Source: Occultella glacieicola (GTDB lineage: Bacteria; Actinomycetota; Actinomycetes; Actinomycetales; Beutenbergiaceae). From it: a stretch of DNA of 64,000 bases. Position numbers and translations under genes: made by a program. Below, piece by piece: positions 43,567-53,466 of this stretch; position 1 is the first letter of the stretch; each line of letters starts with the position of its first letter. The notes under the pieces were generated by a model, which saw only the letters and a program-made list of their open reading frames with translations, searched no databases and was not told the origin of the DNA. The DNA is taken from the NCBI RefSeq assembly GCF_004353825.1, contig NZ_SMNA01000003.1, forward strand, positions 372,001 through 436,000. The letters run 5' to 3'.

Positions 43567-44384
43567 TGGTCCTCCTCGGGAAGCACGACGGCGTTGCCCG
43601 CCGTGAGGCCGCCGTCCACCTTGATGTCGGCACCGGTCACGAACGAGGACCGCTCGCTCAGCAGGTAGGCCACGACGTCCGCGACCTCCCCGGGCCGGGC
43701 GACCCGGCCCAGCGGGTGCGAGCGGCCCCACTCGGCGACGATCGCGTCCACCTCGTCGGGGCCGTGCGCGTGCAGTCCGGCGGCCCAGCGCAGCATCGGG
43801 GTGTCCACCGACCCCGGGCAGACCGCGTTGACCCGGATGTTCTGCGCCGCGTGGTCCACGGCCATCGCCCGGGTCAGTGACAGCAGGGCGCCCTTGGTCG
43901 CCGCGTAGGCCGCCACGCCCTGCTGGGCGATGTAGGCCTGCACCGAGGAGACCAGCACGATGCCACCACCGCCGTGGTCCCGGATCTGCGGCACGGCCAG
44001 GTGCGCGGCGAGGAACGCGCCGCGCACATTGACCGCCATGACCCGGTCGTAGGTCTCCATCGGGGTGGCGTCCACGGTGCCGTAGGTCTGGATGCCGGCG
44101 GCACAGACGAGCGCGCTCACGCCACCGTCCGCGGCGATGGTCCCGAACGCCGTCGTCATGGCGGCCTCGTCGGTGACGTCCACCTCGACCCCGACGATCT
44201 CTCCCGGGGCGCGCGGCTGCTCGAGCCGCGCGAGGGCGTCGGCATCGGTGTCGAGGGCGTACACCCGCGCACCGTCACCGGCCAGCCGGGCCACGACCGC
44301 GCCCCCGATCCCGGCCGCTCCCCCGGTGACCGCGACCACGAGGGCCGACCCTGCGCCGTCGGGCACCGCGATCGGTTCGCTCAT
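43563..44384 (-). CDS. classical SDR oxidoreductase
   Basis: [29 protein letters not shown]. Confidence 0.93.
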   Translation of the reverse strand: MSEPIAVPDGAGSALVVAVTGGAAGIGGAVVARLAGDGARVYALDTDADALARLEQPRAPGEIVGVEVDVTDEAAMTTAFGTIAADGGVSALVCAAGIQTYGTVDATPMETYDRVMAVNVRGAFLAAHLAVPQIRDHGGGGIVLVSSVQAYIAQQGVAAYAATKGALLSLTRAMAVDHAAQNIRVNAVCPGSVDTPMLRWAAGLHAHGPDEVDAIVAEWGRSHPLGRVARPGEVADVVAYLLSERSSFVTGADIKVDGGLTAGNAVVLPEEDQ

Positions 44385-44400
44385 GTCAACCTCCGCCTTC

Positions 44401-45210
44401 TCAGAACTGGCCCAGGGACAGACCCCGGGAGAACGCGCGCTGGGTGGCCAGGAACAGGATCACGGTCGGCAACGAGACGAGCAGCCCGCCGGCCAGCACC
44501 GTGGACATGGCCGATCCGCCGTAGGTGCTCTGCAACGCCGACAGCGCGGTGATGACCGGGCGGATCTCCGAGGACTGGGTCAGGGTCAGGCCCAGGAGCA
44601 GGTCGTTCCAGATGAACGTGGCCTGCAGGATGAAGATCGCGACCAGGGCGCTGGTGGACATCGGCAGGTAGATCCGCCAGAAGATCCGCCAGGTGGACGC
44701 CCCGTCCATGACCGCCGCCTCGAACACCTGGTGCGCGATCCCGGTGAAGAAGTTGCGCATCACGAATGCCGAGAACGGGGTCGCGATCACCGTGTACACC
44801 AGGATCATGCCGACCCGCGTGTTGAACAGGCCGGTCTCGGCGTACCCGACGAACAGCGGCATCAGGATCATCTGCAGCGGGAAGATCGTGCTCGCGAAGA
44901 TGACCACGAACCAGAAGAACCCGTTCCGCAGCCGCAGGGCCACGATGGCGAACCCGGCGGCGGCACCGATGAGCACGGCGATGATCGGCGAGACGACGGC
45001 GTAGATGGCCGTCGAGACGATGCCCTGGGACAGCCGGCCGCGGTCCCAGGCGTCGGCCATGTTCGTCAGCAGGGCGCCGATGTTGCCGGGCTCCCAGAGC
45101 CCGTAGTCGCCGAACTCCGCCGGCAGTTTCGAGGCGTTCGCGAGCAGCAGGTAGACCGGCACCAGCCAGAGCAGGCCGAGGATGGCGAGAACGATCTTGC
45201 GTGCGATCAT
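44401..45210 (-). CDS. carbohydrate ABC transporter permease (MalG-like)
   Basis: EAAVMDGAS loop, WND, six TM spans. Confidence 0.93.
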   Translation of the reverse strand: MIARKIVLAILGLLWLVPVYLLLANASKLPAEFGDYGLWEPGNIGALLTNMADAWDRGRLSQGIVSTAIYAVVSPIIAVLIGAAAGFAIVALRLRNGFFWFVVIFASTIFPLQMILMPLFVGYAETGLFNTRVGMILVYTVIATPFSAFVMRNFFTGIAHQVFEAAVMDGASTWRIFWRIYLPMSTSALVAIFILQATFIWNDLLLGLTLTQSSEIRPVITALSALQSTYGGSAMSTVLAGGLLVSLPTVILFLATQRAFSRGLSLGQF

Positions 45211-45220
45211 GGCCGCCCCC

Positions 45221-46141
45221 TCAGATCGACCTGGAGTGGGCGAGCTGCCGACGCAGGTAGAGGATGGAGGCGAGCACCGTGACCACGGTCAGGAACAGGG
45301 CCACCGCCGCGCCAAGACCGTAGGCGTTGTTGACGAACGTCTCCTTGTACATGGTCAGGGCGAGTGTCTCCGAGACGCGGCCGGGGCCGCCCTTGGTCAT
45401 GCCCCAGATGATGTCGAACGTCTTCAGGCTGCCGACGATCGAGAGCCCCACGACCACCGTGGTGAGCGGGGCGAGCATCGGCCAGGTCATGGTCCGGAAC
45501 AGCGTGAAGCCGCTGGCACCGTCCACCCGGGCGGCCTCCAGGGGTTCCTTCGGGATGGACTGCAGGCCGATACCGAACAGCAGTGCGTTCACGCCGGCGC
45601 CCTGCCAGGTGGACGCCCCGATCATGACGAACGTGTTCAGCGGCGCATCGAGCAGCCAGCGCAACTCCGAGCCCGGCAGGTTGAAGAACTCGAGCGCCTG
45701 ACTGAGCGCACCGTTGGTCTGCAGCACGAAGGACCAGATCACCCCGACCGCGACCCCCGAGAGTGCGTACGGGATCAGGAACGGGAGCCGGAACAGGGTC
45801 GCATTCGGCAGCCCGTGGCTGAGCACGGCGATCAACAGGCCCAGACCGACCGGCAGTGCGATCGTGCCGACCACCCAGTAGAGGGTGTTCAGGACCGAGT
45901 TCAGGAACGCCGGGTCCGCGAACATGTCCCGGTAGTTCTCGATGCCGATGAACTCCGGGTCACCGAGGCCGTTGTACTCGGTGAAGCTGATGTAGGTGGT
46001 CCACAGGAACGGCAGGTAGAGCACCACGGCCACGAGCAGGACGCCGGGTGCCACGAAGCCGATGCTGGAGAGCCAGAACTGGTTCTTGGGTCGGCGCTGC
46101 TGCGGGACCAGGTCGGCTTGCCGCGCGGTGGGCAGGGACAT
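45221..46141 (-). CDS. carbohydrate ABC transporter permease (MalF-like)
   Basis: FIGIENY, EAARVDGAS, TKGGPG; AAGGAGG RBS before ATG 46141. Confidence 0.93.
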   Translation of the reverse strand: MSLPTARQADLVPQQRRPKNQFWLSSIGFVAPGVLLVAVVLYLPFLWTTYISFTEYNGLGDPEFIGIENYRDMFADPAFLNSVLNTLYWVVGTIALPVGLGLLIAVLSHGLPNATLFRLPFLIPYALSGVAVGVIWSFVLQTNGALSQALEFFNLPGSELRWLLDAPLNTFVMIGASTWQGAGVNALLFGIGLQSIPKEPLEAARVDGASGFTLFRTMTWPMLAPLTTVVVGLSIVGSLKTFDIIWGMTKGGPGRVSETLALTMYKETFVNNAYGLGAAVALFLTVVTVLASILYLRRQLAHSRSI

Positions 46142-46178
46142 GCGAGCGCACCCTCCTTCTCTCGGGCGTCGATGGATC

Positions 46179-46223
46179 GCTGGTGGGGTCCGCGGCCGGG
46201 CTGGGGCGGCGGACCCCACCAGC
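46179..46223. terminator. intercistronic 15-bp hairpin after the binding-protein gene (partial terminator or mRNA stabiliser)
   Basis: GCTGGTGGGGTCCGC / GCGGACCCCACCAGC. Confidence 0.7.
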
Positions 46224-46226
46224 AGG

Positions 46227-47504
46227 TCAGTTCTCGGCCCAGTACGCGTCCGCCTCGGCCTGGATGGCCTCGAGGACCGCCATCGGGTCGCCGTTGTTCG
46301 TCACGAAGGCGCCGAACTGCTCGGAGGCCACGGTGTAGATCGGGGTCGGGGTCGCCTCCAGGTAGCGGCGCAGCTGGAGGAAGCCGTCACCGTTGACCTG
46401 CTCGGTGACCGTCGCCAGGGCGGTGTCGGTCACCGTGGCACCGGGGTTGAAGGAGACGTCACCGCGGGACTCGCTCCACGCGGACTGGGCGTCGACGCCC
46501 ATCCACCAGGCGCTGTAGTCCAGGGCCGCCGCCTCGTTGGCGCTGCCGGCACCCACGCACAGCGGGCCGGTCTCGACGACCACCGAGGTGTCGTCCAGGT
46601 CAGCGCTGACGTTCGGCAGGGTGAAGATCCCGTAGTCGGTGTCCGAGACCATGCCGAGGTCGGTCAGCTGCCCGGTGAAGAAGGTGCCGAAGTACGCCAT
46701 CGCGACCTCACCGGTCTGGAGCAGCGTCTGCGGGTCGGTCGTGACCCCCGGGTCGATGAAGAAGCCGTCGGACTGCATGTCGTGCCAGATGTTCATGGCC
46801 TCGACCACCACCGGGTCGGTGTAGCTGACGCTGCCGTCCGAGAGCCCGTTGTAGGCGTCGGGGTCGAGGCCGGCGAGGATCGCCTGGAACCAGACGAACT
46901 CGAAGATGATGTTCATCTGGTGCAGCGGCACCTGGCCGTTGTCGACGAGGGTCTGGCCGGCGGCCATGAACTCCTCCCAGGTGGTCGGCACCTCGATGCC
47001 GTTCTCCGCGAAGACCGCCTTGTTGTAGTACATGACCCAGTACACGACGTTCAGGGGCACGCAGTACTGCTCGCCCTCGAACGTGTAGTTCTCCGCCAGT
47101 TCCTCGGTGACGTCACCGTTCGCGATCGCGGCGTCCCAGATCTCGGTGGTCGGCGCGACGAGGCCCTCCTCGACGAGCTGGGCGAGTGAGTCACCGGTGT
47201 GCCAGGTGAACAGGTCCGGCTTGTCATCGGTCCGGAACGACTGCTTGATGAACGCGTCGTAGGCCGTGGGGTCGGAGTAGCCGGTGAAGTCCAGGGTCGC
47301 GGTGGTGCCCTCGGACGCGGCGTTCATGTCGTCGAAGGAGGGTTCCCACGCGGCCTTGTCGGTGTAGAAGCTCAGCACGGCTTCGGTGGGATCGCCGCCC
47401 TCGCCCCCATCGCCGTTGTCACCGTCTCCGCCTCCGGAGCACGCGGCCAGGGTCAACGCGGCCGCGGTGAGCACGGCGGCCGCCAGGGTCGTCTTCTTCC
47501 TCAT
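46227..47504 (-). CDS. sugar ABC transporter substrate-binding lipoprotein
   Basis: lipobox LAAC, PDLF, YYNKAVF..GIEVPTTWEE. Confidence 0.92.
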   Translation of the reverse strand: MRKKTTLAAAVLTAAALTLAACSGGGDGDNGDGGEGGDPTEAVLSFYTDKAAWEPSFDDMNAASEGTTATLDFTGYSDPTAYDAFIKQSFRTDDKPDLFTWHTGDSLAQLVEEGLVAPTTEIWDAAIANGDVTEELAENYTFEGEQYCVPLNVVYWVMYYNKAVFAENGIEVPTTWEEFMAAGQTLVDNGQVPLHQMNIIFEFVWFQAILAGLDPDAYNGLSDGSVSYTDPVVVEAMNIWHDMQSDGFFIDPGVTTDPQTLLQTGEVAMAYFGTFFTGQLTDLGMVSDTDYGIFTLPNVSADLDDTSVVVETGPLCVGAGSANEAAALDYSAWWMGVDAQSAWSESRGDVSFNPGATVTDTALATVTEQVNGDGFLQLRRYLEATPTPIYTVASEQFGAFVTNNGDPMAVLEAIQAEADAYWAEN

Positions 47505-47557
47505 GGATACACCTCTTTGTGGGGTTTGATGGTGCTCGGGTTGTGGTGGTTCGTGCG

Positions 47558-48268
47558 TCAGCCGATCCGGGCCCGGATCACCTCGACGACGTGGTCGAGG
47601 TGCGTGAAGGCGACGTCCCGGGCCCGCTCGGGATCGCCGTCCCGGACCGCGGCGCCGATCCGGGCGTGTTCCGCGTAGTCCTCGACGGCGTCGCCGTGCA
47701 GCCGGAGGATCTCCTTCTGCTCCTCGCCGTGGACCAGCACGATCGAGTCGAGGACCTCGGCGAGGACGCTGTTGCCGCCCGCGGCGGCGACGGCGCGGTG
47801 GAAGTCGAGGTTCGAGAGCCAGAGCGTCTCGTCGCGTTCGGCGACCAGCCGGCGCGACCGCTCCAGCGCCTGCTCCATCCAGCTCATGGCGAGCGGCTCC
47901 TGCACCTGCGCGGCGAGCATCGCCAGCTGCGGCTCGATCTGTCGGCGCGCCTCCAGGAGCTCGACGAGCTGATCGGAGTCCGGCCGCGGCGAGAGCGGGT
48001 TGGCCAGCACCCGCCGGCCGGCGTTGGCACCGACATAGACCCCGGACCCGTGCCGGAACTCGAGAACACCGAGCCCTTCGAGCCGGCGCATGGCCTCCCG
48101 CATGGTCGGCACGGCGACCTCGAACCGGGCGGCGAGGACCTTCATGGAGTCCAGCGGGTCCCCCGGCTGCAGACCACGGTCGTTCACCAGCCGCACGACG
48201 GCGCGCGCCAGATCACTGGAGAGGTTCGCCCTCTTCGCGACGTCCGGCTGCGGTGCCATGCAAGTCAT
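47558..48268 (-). CDS. GntR/FadR-family regulator
   Basis: LQPGDPL..LAARFEV..REA..L...GSGVYV, FCD domain (FHRAV, EH). Confidence 0.92.
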   Translation of the reverse strand: MTCMAPQPDVAKRANLSSDLARAVVRLVNDRGLQPGDPLDSMKVLAARFEVAVPTMREAMRRLEGLGVLEFRHGSGVYVGANAGRRVLANPLSPRPDSDQLVELLEARRQIEPQLAMLAAQVQEPLAMSWMEQALERSRRLVAERDETLWLSNLDFHRAVAAAGGNSVLAEVLDSIVLVHGEEQKEILRLHGDAVEDYAEHARIGAAVRDGDPERARDVAFTHLDHVVEVIRARIG

Positions 48269-48285
48269 CTAATCACTAGAGAACC

Positions 48286-48296
48286 TGCTCCGACCA
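48286..48296. promoter_or_regulatory. candidate FadR-subfamily operator
   Basis: TGGTCGGAGCA (minus strand), one mismatch to TGGTCnGACCA, just upstream of the regulator. Confidence 0.45.
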
Positions 48297-48337
48297 GCGG
48301 ATGACGCCGTCCGATATGAAACTGTGACCCGGCGAGG

Positions 48338-49567
48338 TCAGCCGCAGCGGCCGAGCCCGCGGCCGCAGTCGGGGCGCAGGCCGAGGTCGATCTCCACGAA
48401 CCGCGGCCGGTAGATCGTGACGTCCTCGTACAGGTCGCTGGAGTCGAAGCTGTTCACGTTGTAGGTCACCACGATCCGGTCGCCACGGGTGCGCAGCTCC
48501 GGATGCTCGTGCGCGTTGTAGGCGAAGATGTTCGGGTCGCCGTAGGAGCCGGCCGCACCGACCTCGGGCATCTGGTAGACGGTGCCGAGCGGCGTGAACG
48601 GGCCGGTCGGGGAGCACGAGACGTAGGCCTCGATCTTCGATGAGAAGATCTCGTGGGTGTCCTGGGTGATCAGCAGGTAGCCGTCGCGCAGCGGGGTGAC
48701 GCTGTACTCGTTCGCCACCCCGTCCATGACTCGGGCCGTGTCCGTCTCGGTCGCCGACCAGCCGGTACCGTCCCAGTACTCCCACGGCGCGCCGTCCAGG
48801 TCCCGGCCGACCACCCGGGCGACGTGCAGGTACTTGGACGCGCCCAGGTCCTCGACGCCGTAGATGTAGGTGTGGCGGCCGTCCCGCTGGAGCCAGCTGG
48901 CCCACTGCACCCCGGCCGCCGAGGGCAGGTCGACGAAGTCGAGCCGCTCGAACGTGTCCGAGTCGAACGTGGCCAGGTGGTTGGACTCCCAGCCGAAGTC
49001 GAAGGCGCCCCCGCCGCCGTACCAGAACCTCAGGGCGACCAGCTGAAGGTTCCCGTCACCGTCCGTGGCGCCGTCCCCGACCCAGTACCAGCCGCCGCCC
49101 TCCGGTGGCGGCGGGATCAATGACTCCGGCGCCTCCGGGGTACCGCCGGAGGCCGTGCTCAGAGCACCCCGGTCCTCGATCACGAACGAGTTGTTCAGGA
49201 AGGGCGTGCTCTCGGGCCGGGATCCGTCGGGGTTGACCGGACCGAGGAAGGTGTCGGAGAAGATCCAGGCCGTCCGCCGGCCGTCCAGCGGCACCGAGTA
49301 TGTCGAGTCGCCGCCCGTCCAGCCCTCGCCCGAATCCCCGTAGGTGGTGAAGGCGTCCGTGAGCCCTTCGTGCACCTGCGCGGACGGGTCGATGGCGACG
49401 CGGTCGAGGGAGCAGCCGGCGTCGCCGCCTCCCCCCGGTCCGCCGTCGGCCTGAGCGGGCAGCGCACCGAGCAGCAGGGCGCTCAGGCCCAGCCCGACGG
49501 CCGCCGTGGCGGCGGGTCCGCGACGACCGGTCCGGGCGCGCACGGCTGACGAGGTGGGGGGACGCAT
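48338..49567 (-). CDS. secreted DUF4185/DUF5005-like beta-propeller protein (possible glycanase)
   Basis: signal peptide ending AQA; WTGGDSTYSV, WIFSDTF, YIYG, YNAHEHP, YRPRF. Confidence 0.7.
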   Translation of the reverse strand: MRPPTSSAVRARTGRRGPAATAAVGLGLSALLLGALPAQADGGPGGGGDAGCSLDRVAIDPSAQVHEGLTDAFTTYGDSGEGWTGGDSTYSVPLDGRRTAWIFSDTFLGPVNPDGSRPESTPFLNNSFVIEDRGALSTASGGTPEAPESLIPPPPEGGGWYWVGDGATDGDGNLQLVALRFWYGGGGAFDFGWESNHLATFDSDTFERLDFVDLPSAAGVQWASWLQRDGRHTYIYGVEDLGASKYLHVARVVGRDLDGAPWEYWDGTGWSATETDTARVMDGVANEYSVTPLRDGYLLITQDTHEIFSSKIEAYVSCSPTGPFTPLGTVYQMPEVGAAGSYGDPNIFAYNAHEHPELRTRGDRIVVTYNVNSFDSSDLYEDVTIYRPRFVEIDLGLRPDCGRGLGRCG

Positions 49568-49600
49568 GATCGTGGCTCCTTCGCCTTGACCGACCGGTCC

Positions 49601-49621
49601 GCGTTCCGCATACGCGAACGC
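49601..49621. promoter_or_regulatory. candidate IclR-type operator
   Basis: GCGTTC-N9-GAACGC palindrome between the IclR gene and the secreted-protein gene. Confidence 0.6.
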
Positions 49622-49676
49622 AGCTTCCAGGTTTCGGGACGAGCATTCCAGGATGGCCGGTCGCCGGTCAAGGGTG

Positions 49677-50438
49677 CTACAGCGTCGGGGGCAGCGTGAG
49701 CGAGCTGGGCAACTCGGCCTCGACCACCTGGCGCAGCCGCCGGCCGAGCTCGGGGGCCTGGTCCTCGAGTCGTTCGAGCGGCATCGTCACGCTCACGGCA
49801 GCCACCGGTCGGCGCGCACGCAGGAGCGCCACCGCCACACACCCGATCCCCGGCTCGGACTCGCCCCGCTCCACGGCGTAGCCGTCGAGCCGCGCGTTGA
49901 CCACCGCCTCCCACGAGCGTTGCACCTCCTCCGGCGTGAACCGGGCCGGTGGCGCGAGCCGGCCGAGGAGCCGGCGGTCGACCTCCCCGGCGGCGAGCAG
50001 GGACCGGCCGAGCGCGGTCGTGATCGCCGCGATCCTGCGCCCCACGGCGCTCCAGACACGGATCGCGTGCGCCGGCTCGGCCTTGTCGACGTACACGATG
50101 TCGGTCCCGTCGAGCACCCCGAGCTGGCACAGCTCGTCGAAGGCGTCCCGGATGCTCTCGAGCATCGGGTGCAGTAGGGCGGGCAGGTTGTCCCCCTCGA
50201 TGAACGTGGCGCCGAGATCCACCGCGGCGGTGCCGAGCCGATACCACCCGCTGACCGGGTCCTGTGCCACGAAGTGCCGGTGCCGCAGCGCGGCGAGGGT
50301 CCGGTGCAGCGTCGACTTCGACACCGACACCGCGTCGGCCAGGTCGGCCAGGCTCCGGCCGCGCGGACCCGCGGCGGAGAGCTCGGTCAGCACGAGCAGG
50401 GCCTTGTCGACACTGCCGATCGGGGACTGCTCGGTCAT
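49677..50438 (-). CDS. IclR-family regulator
   Basis: SVDKALLVL, KSTLHR.L, YRLG, TALGRSLL, GYAV..GE..PGIGCVAV. Confidence 0.93.
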   Translation of the reverse strand: MTEQSPIGSVDKALLVLTELSAAGPRGRSLADLADAVSVSKSTLHRTLAALRHRHFVAQDPVSGWYRLGTAAVDLGATFIEGDNLPALLHPMLESIRDAFDELCQLGVLDGTDIVYVDKAEPAHAIRVWSAVGRRIAAITTALGRSLLAAGEVDRRLLGRLAPPARFTPEEVQRSWEAVVNARLDGYAVERGESEPGIGCVAVALLRARRPVAAVSVTMPLERLEDQAPELGRRLRQVVEAELPSSLTLPPTL

Positions 50439-50460
50439 CGTTCCCCTGGGCCCGGTGACG

Positions 50461-50850
50461 TCACTGCGCGGCCGGTGCGCCGTCGTCGTCCTCGGCCGAG
50501 CCGGCGAGCAGGACGTCGACCAGGTCCCGGACGGTGCTCTCGAACTCTCCGAAGCCCGGGACCGCCGCGGCGTCCTCGGCCCACAGGAGGACCTCCCGGG
50601 AGTCCACGCTCACCACGATCGGGACTTCGTCGTCCCCGATGTTCCTGGTCGAACCGGTGAGTTCGCGGAGACCGGCCCGATCGACGGCGTCGCCGAGACG
50701 TCGACCCTGCTCGCTCGTCAACGTTCCGGATCCGCTTCGCCGGTCGAGGTCTCCCCGCCCGGACGAGGTCGCCTCGGCCGTTCCGTCCGCGTCCACGGCG
50801 AGCCTCAGATAGCCGGACATCTCGTGTCCACGCTGATAGCGCAGGATCAT
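50461..50850 (-). CDS. small acidic hypothetical protein; candidate inhibitor/immunity partner
   Basis: 129 aa, starts 13 nt after the protease stop with a GAGGGA RBS. Confidence 0.6.
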   Translation of the reverse strand: MILRYQRGHEMSGYLRLAVDADGTAEATSSGRGDLDRRSGSGTLTSEQGRRLGDAVDRAGLRELTGSTRNIGDDEVPIVVSVDSREVLLWAEDAAAVPGFGEFESTVRDLVDVLLAGSAEDDDGAPAAQ

Positions 50851-50863
50851 CTCGGTTCCCTCA

Positions 50864-51727
50864 TCACATCGGTCTCAGCGAACAGGTATACCCCGCGAAC
50901 GCCTTCGCGACCTCCGTGACGATGTGCTGGAAGTGGCGCGCCTTGAACTTCGCCTGCGGGATTCCCTGGGAATAGTAGTTCGCCATGATGCTGTGGTCAT
51001 TCGTGAGGACCCGTCCCGGCACCGCCGGGTTGGCGTACTCGTCGCTGGCACCGAGCACGGCGTGGCCGAACTCGTGGGCGTAGGTGATGTCCACCTCCGC
51101 CGTGCCGTCGGCCCGGAACTCGTGGACGTGGCCACCGGCCGTGGCCATGGCGCTTCCGGCGCCCGGCGTCCCGCCGTGTGCGTCGATCGTGTAGCCGGTC
51201 GCGTAGTTGTAGAGGATGAACGTGATGGGGAGTTCGATGGGAGCGGATCCGGCGGCCGGTGAGTTGGGTGTGCACACCACCTTGAACTTGTTGTCGAGGT
51301 AGGAGTAGGCGGCCGTCTTGACGCGTCTGATGAACGCCTCGTAGGCGGCGTCCGATGCCCAGGTCCCCTGCCTCACCCAGTTGATGCCGAGCGAGATCTC
51401 GATCGTGTGCGCCGTCTTGTTGAGCAGCAGATCCTGGGTGTACTGGTTGCCGGTGTCCGTCGTCTCACTGATCGGGGTGCGGGTCGTCTGCCGGCTGACC
51501 ATCGGGGCCGCTCCGGGCGCGCGCACGCCCGCGAGGGCGCGCTGGACCGCGCGGTTGCCGGCAGTGCGCTGGAGCATGCGGAGGTCCGCCGACGTCATCG
51601 GGGCGGTTCCCGTACGGACCCGGTCCGCCTCGCGCTCGGCCGGCCCGATCCGGCGCTCGTGGCCCCGGTGGGGCTCTCGAGCGACCTGGCTCTCAGGTTC
51701 TCGTCCCAGCGACCCTGGACGGCTCAC
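50864..51727 (-). CDS. putative zinc metalloprotease with N-terminal [10 protein letters not shown] motif
   Basis: [15 protein letters not shown] plus downstream SIM Met-turn; no signal peptide; start inferred from CACCAT -10 6 nt before GTG 51727. Confidence 0.72.
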   Translation of the reverse strand: MSRPGSLGREPESQVAREPHRGHERRIGPAEREADRVRTGTAPMTSADLRMLQRTAGNRAVQRALAGVRAPGAAPMVSRQTTRTPISETTDTGNQYTQDLLLNKTAHTIEISLGINWVRQGTWASDAAYEAFIRRVKTAAYSYLDNKFKVVCTPNSPAAGSAPIELPITFILYNYATGYTIDAHGGTPGAGSAMATAGGHVHEFRADGTAEVDITYAHEFGHAVLGASDEYANPAVPGRVLTNDHSIMANYYSQGIPQAKFKARHFQHIVTEVAKAFAGYTCSLRPM

Positions 51728-51869
51728 CCCACCATGGTGGCGCTCAGGCCTCCGACGGTCTGGTCCGATCGGGCAGCCTGACGTGCAGTCTTGCCCTGCC
51801 CGACGCCCGATGCCCGACGCCCGGGGCGCCTGTCCCGGTGCTCGACGGCCAACCGATATGTTGCCTGAT

Positions 51870-52688
51870 ATGAGCAGCGACAGTGCAGCCCAAGCCGCCC
51901 GGCGGCCCCGGTACGACGACGACCTCCGCCTCGCGCATGTGATCGCGGACCAGGTCGACGCCCAGACGACGGCCCGGTTCAAGGCGCAGGATCTGCACGT
52001 GGAGGCGAAGCCGGACACCACCCCGGTCACCGACGCCGACCGCAGTGCGGAGGAGATCGTCCGGGCCCAGCTCTCCCGGACCCGCCCGCGTGACTCGGTC
52101 CTCGGCGAGGAGTTCGGGATCACCGGTCACGGTGCCCGCCAGTGGGTGATCGACCCGATCGACGGCACCAAGAACTTCGTCCGTGGGGTCCCGGTGTGGG
52201 CCACCCTGATCGCCCTGGTGGACGAGGGCCGGCCGGTGCTCGGGGTGGTCAGCGCCCCGGCCCTGAACCGGCGATGGTGGGCGGCGAACGGTTCGGGCGC
52301 CTGGACCGGGCGCTCCCTGTCGGCGGCGAGCAGGATCTCGGTGTCAGCGGTGAGCGACCTGGAGGACGCCTCGCTGTCCTACTCCAGCCTGGGGGGCTGG
52401 GAGGACGCCGACCTGCTCGACGAGTTCCTCTCCCTGGAGTCCACGGTCTGGCGCAGCCGCGCCTACGGCGACTTCTGGTCCTACATGCTGGTCGCCGAGG
52501 GCGCGGTGGACATCGCCTGCGAACCCGACCTCGAGGTCTACGACATGGCCGCGCTGGTCCCGATCGTGACCGAGGCCGGCGGCCGGTTCACCTCGCTCGA
52601 CGGCGTGGACGGCCCGTTCGGTGGCAATGCCGTCGCCACCAACGGACACCTGCACGACACCACGCTGGCCCACCTGCACCGCCACTGA
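51870..52688 (+). CDS. hisN: histidinol-phosphatase (inositol monophosphatase family)
   Basis: [47 protein letters not shown]. Confidence 0.93.
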   Translation: MSSDSAAQAARRPRYDDDLRLAHVIADQVDAQTTARFKAQDLHVEAKPDTTPVTDADRSAEEIVRAQLSRTRPRDSVLGEEFGITGHGARQWVIDPIDGTKNFVRGVPVWATLIALVDEGRPVLGVVSAPALNRRWWAANGSGAWTGRSLSAASRISVSAVSDLEDASLSYSSLGGWEDADLLDEFLSLESTVWRSRAYGDFWSYMLVAEGAVDIACEPDLEVYDMAALVPIVTEAGGRFTSLDGVDGPFGGNAVATNGHLHDTTLAHLHRH

Positions 52689-52715
52689 CGGCCGACGGCC
52701 CACACCGTTGGCCCG

Positions 52716-53141
52716 TCAACCGGGAGCGGTCCAGGGGTTCACGAGCGGGAGACCGACACCGTCGAAGTCCCGGGTGTTGCGCGTGGCCAGGGTCGCCCCC
52801 GCCTCCAGGGCGATCCCCGCGATGATGGCGTCGGCCATCCCGATCGGCCGCCCGAGCCCGCGCCGCACCGAAAGCACTGTCGCGTACCGGAACGAAGCCG
52901 CCACGTCGAACGGCAGCACCCGGCCGACGAAGTCCAGATCCACCAGGTCGGCAACCGAGGCCGCCAACTCCGAGCGTCGCCGGCCGGTGGGCATCCGTTC
53001 CACACCGTCGAGGAGTTCGGCGACCGTGACCACGGTCAGGTACGCCTCGCCCGGCTCCAGATCGTCCAGCCACCGGAGCACCTCGGGGTCCGGGGCCGGA
53101 CGGGTCATCTCCGAGATGACGTTGGTGTCGAGGACGATCAC
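52716..53141 (-). CDS. vapC: PIN-domain toxin (VapC/FitB)
   Basis: IVLDTNVISE, VAEL, ADAIIA, LATRNTRDF. Confidence 0.94.
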   Translation of the reverse strand: MIVLDTNVISEMTRPAPDPEVLRWLDDLEPGEAYLTVVTVAELLDGVERMPTGRRRSELAASVADLVDLDFVGRVLPFDVAASFRYATVLSVRRGLGRPIGMADAIIAGIALEAGATLATRNTRDFDGVGLPLVNPWTAPG

Positions 53142-53380
53142 GCGTCGAGGTCGACCTCTCGCGGGAGGTCGACCGCGCGCTCCGTCGGCAACTCACCTGT
53201 TCCGGCGAACCTCGCACGAATTCGTGAACCAAGCCCGCCGGCACCTGCCTCATCGGTACCGACAGCGTCGGCCAGGATGCGTCGCGCCTCGCTCTCCATC
53301 GAGCGGCCGCTCGCACTCGCACGCCTCTTCAGTGCGTCGACCACCTCATCATCCAGATTTCGGATCGTCACCGTCGCCAT
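53138..53380 (-). CDS. FitA-like ribbon-helix-helix antitoxin
   Basis: MATVTIRNLDDEV...LKRRA..GRSMESEAR.IL; GTGA overlap with vapC. Confidence 0.93.
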   Translation of the reverse strand: MATVTIRNLDDEVVDALKRRASASGRSMESEARRILADAVGTDEAGAGGLGSRIRARFAGTGELPTERAVDLPREVDLDA

Positions 53381-53397
53381 CTGCGATCACCTCCGAG

Positions 53398-53417
53398 TGC
53401 CTGCATAATGCTAGCAG
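53398..53417. promoter_or_regulatory. toxin-antitoxin promoter/operator
   Basis: palindrome TGCTAGCA overlapping a TAGCAT -10, with adjacent TGCA half-sites. Confidence 0.55.
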
Positions 53418-53466
53418 TCCGGTGACGTCGTTGAACGGTTCGTGCGGTCTGGGCTGTCTGGGCCGT

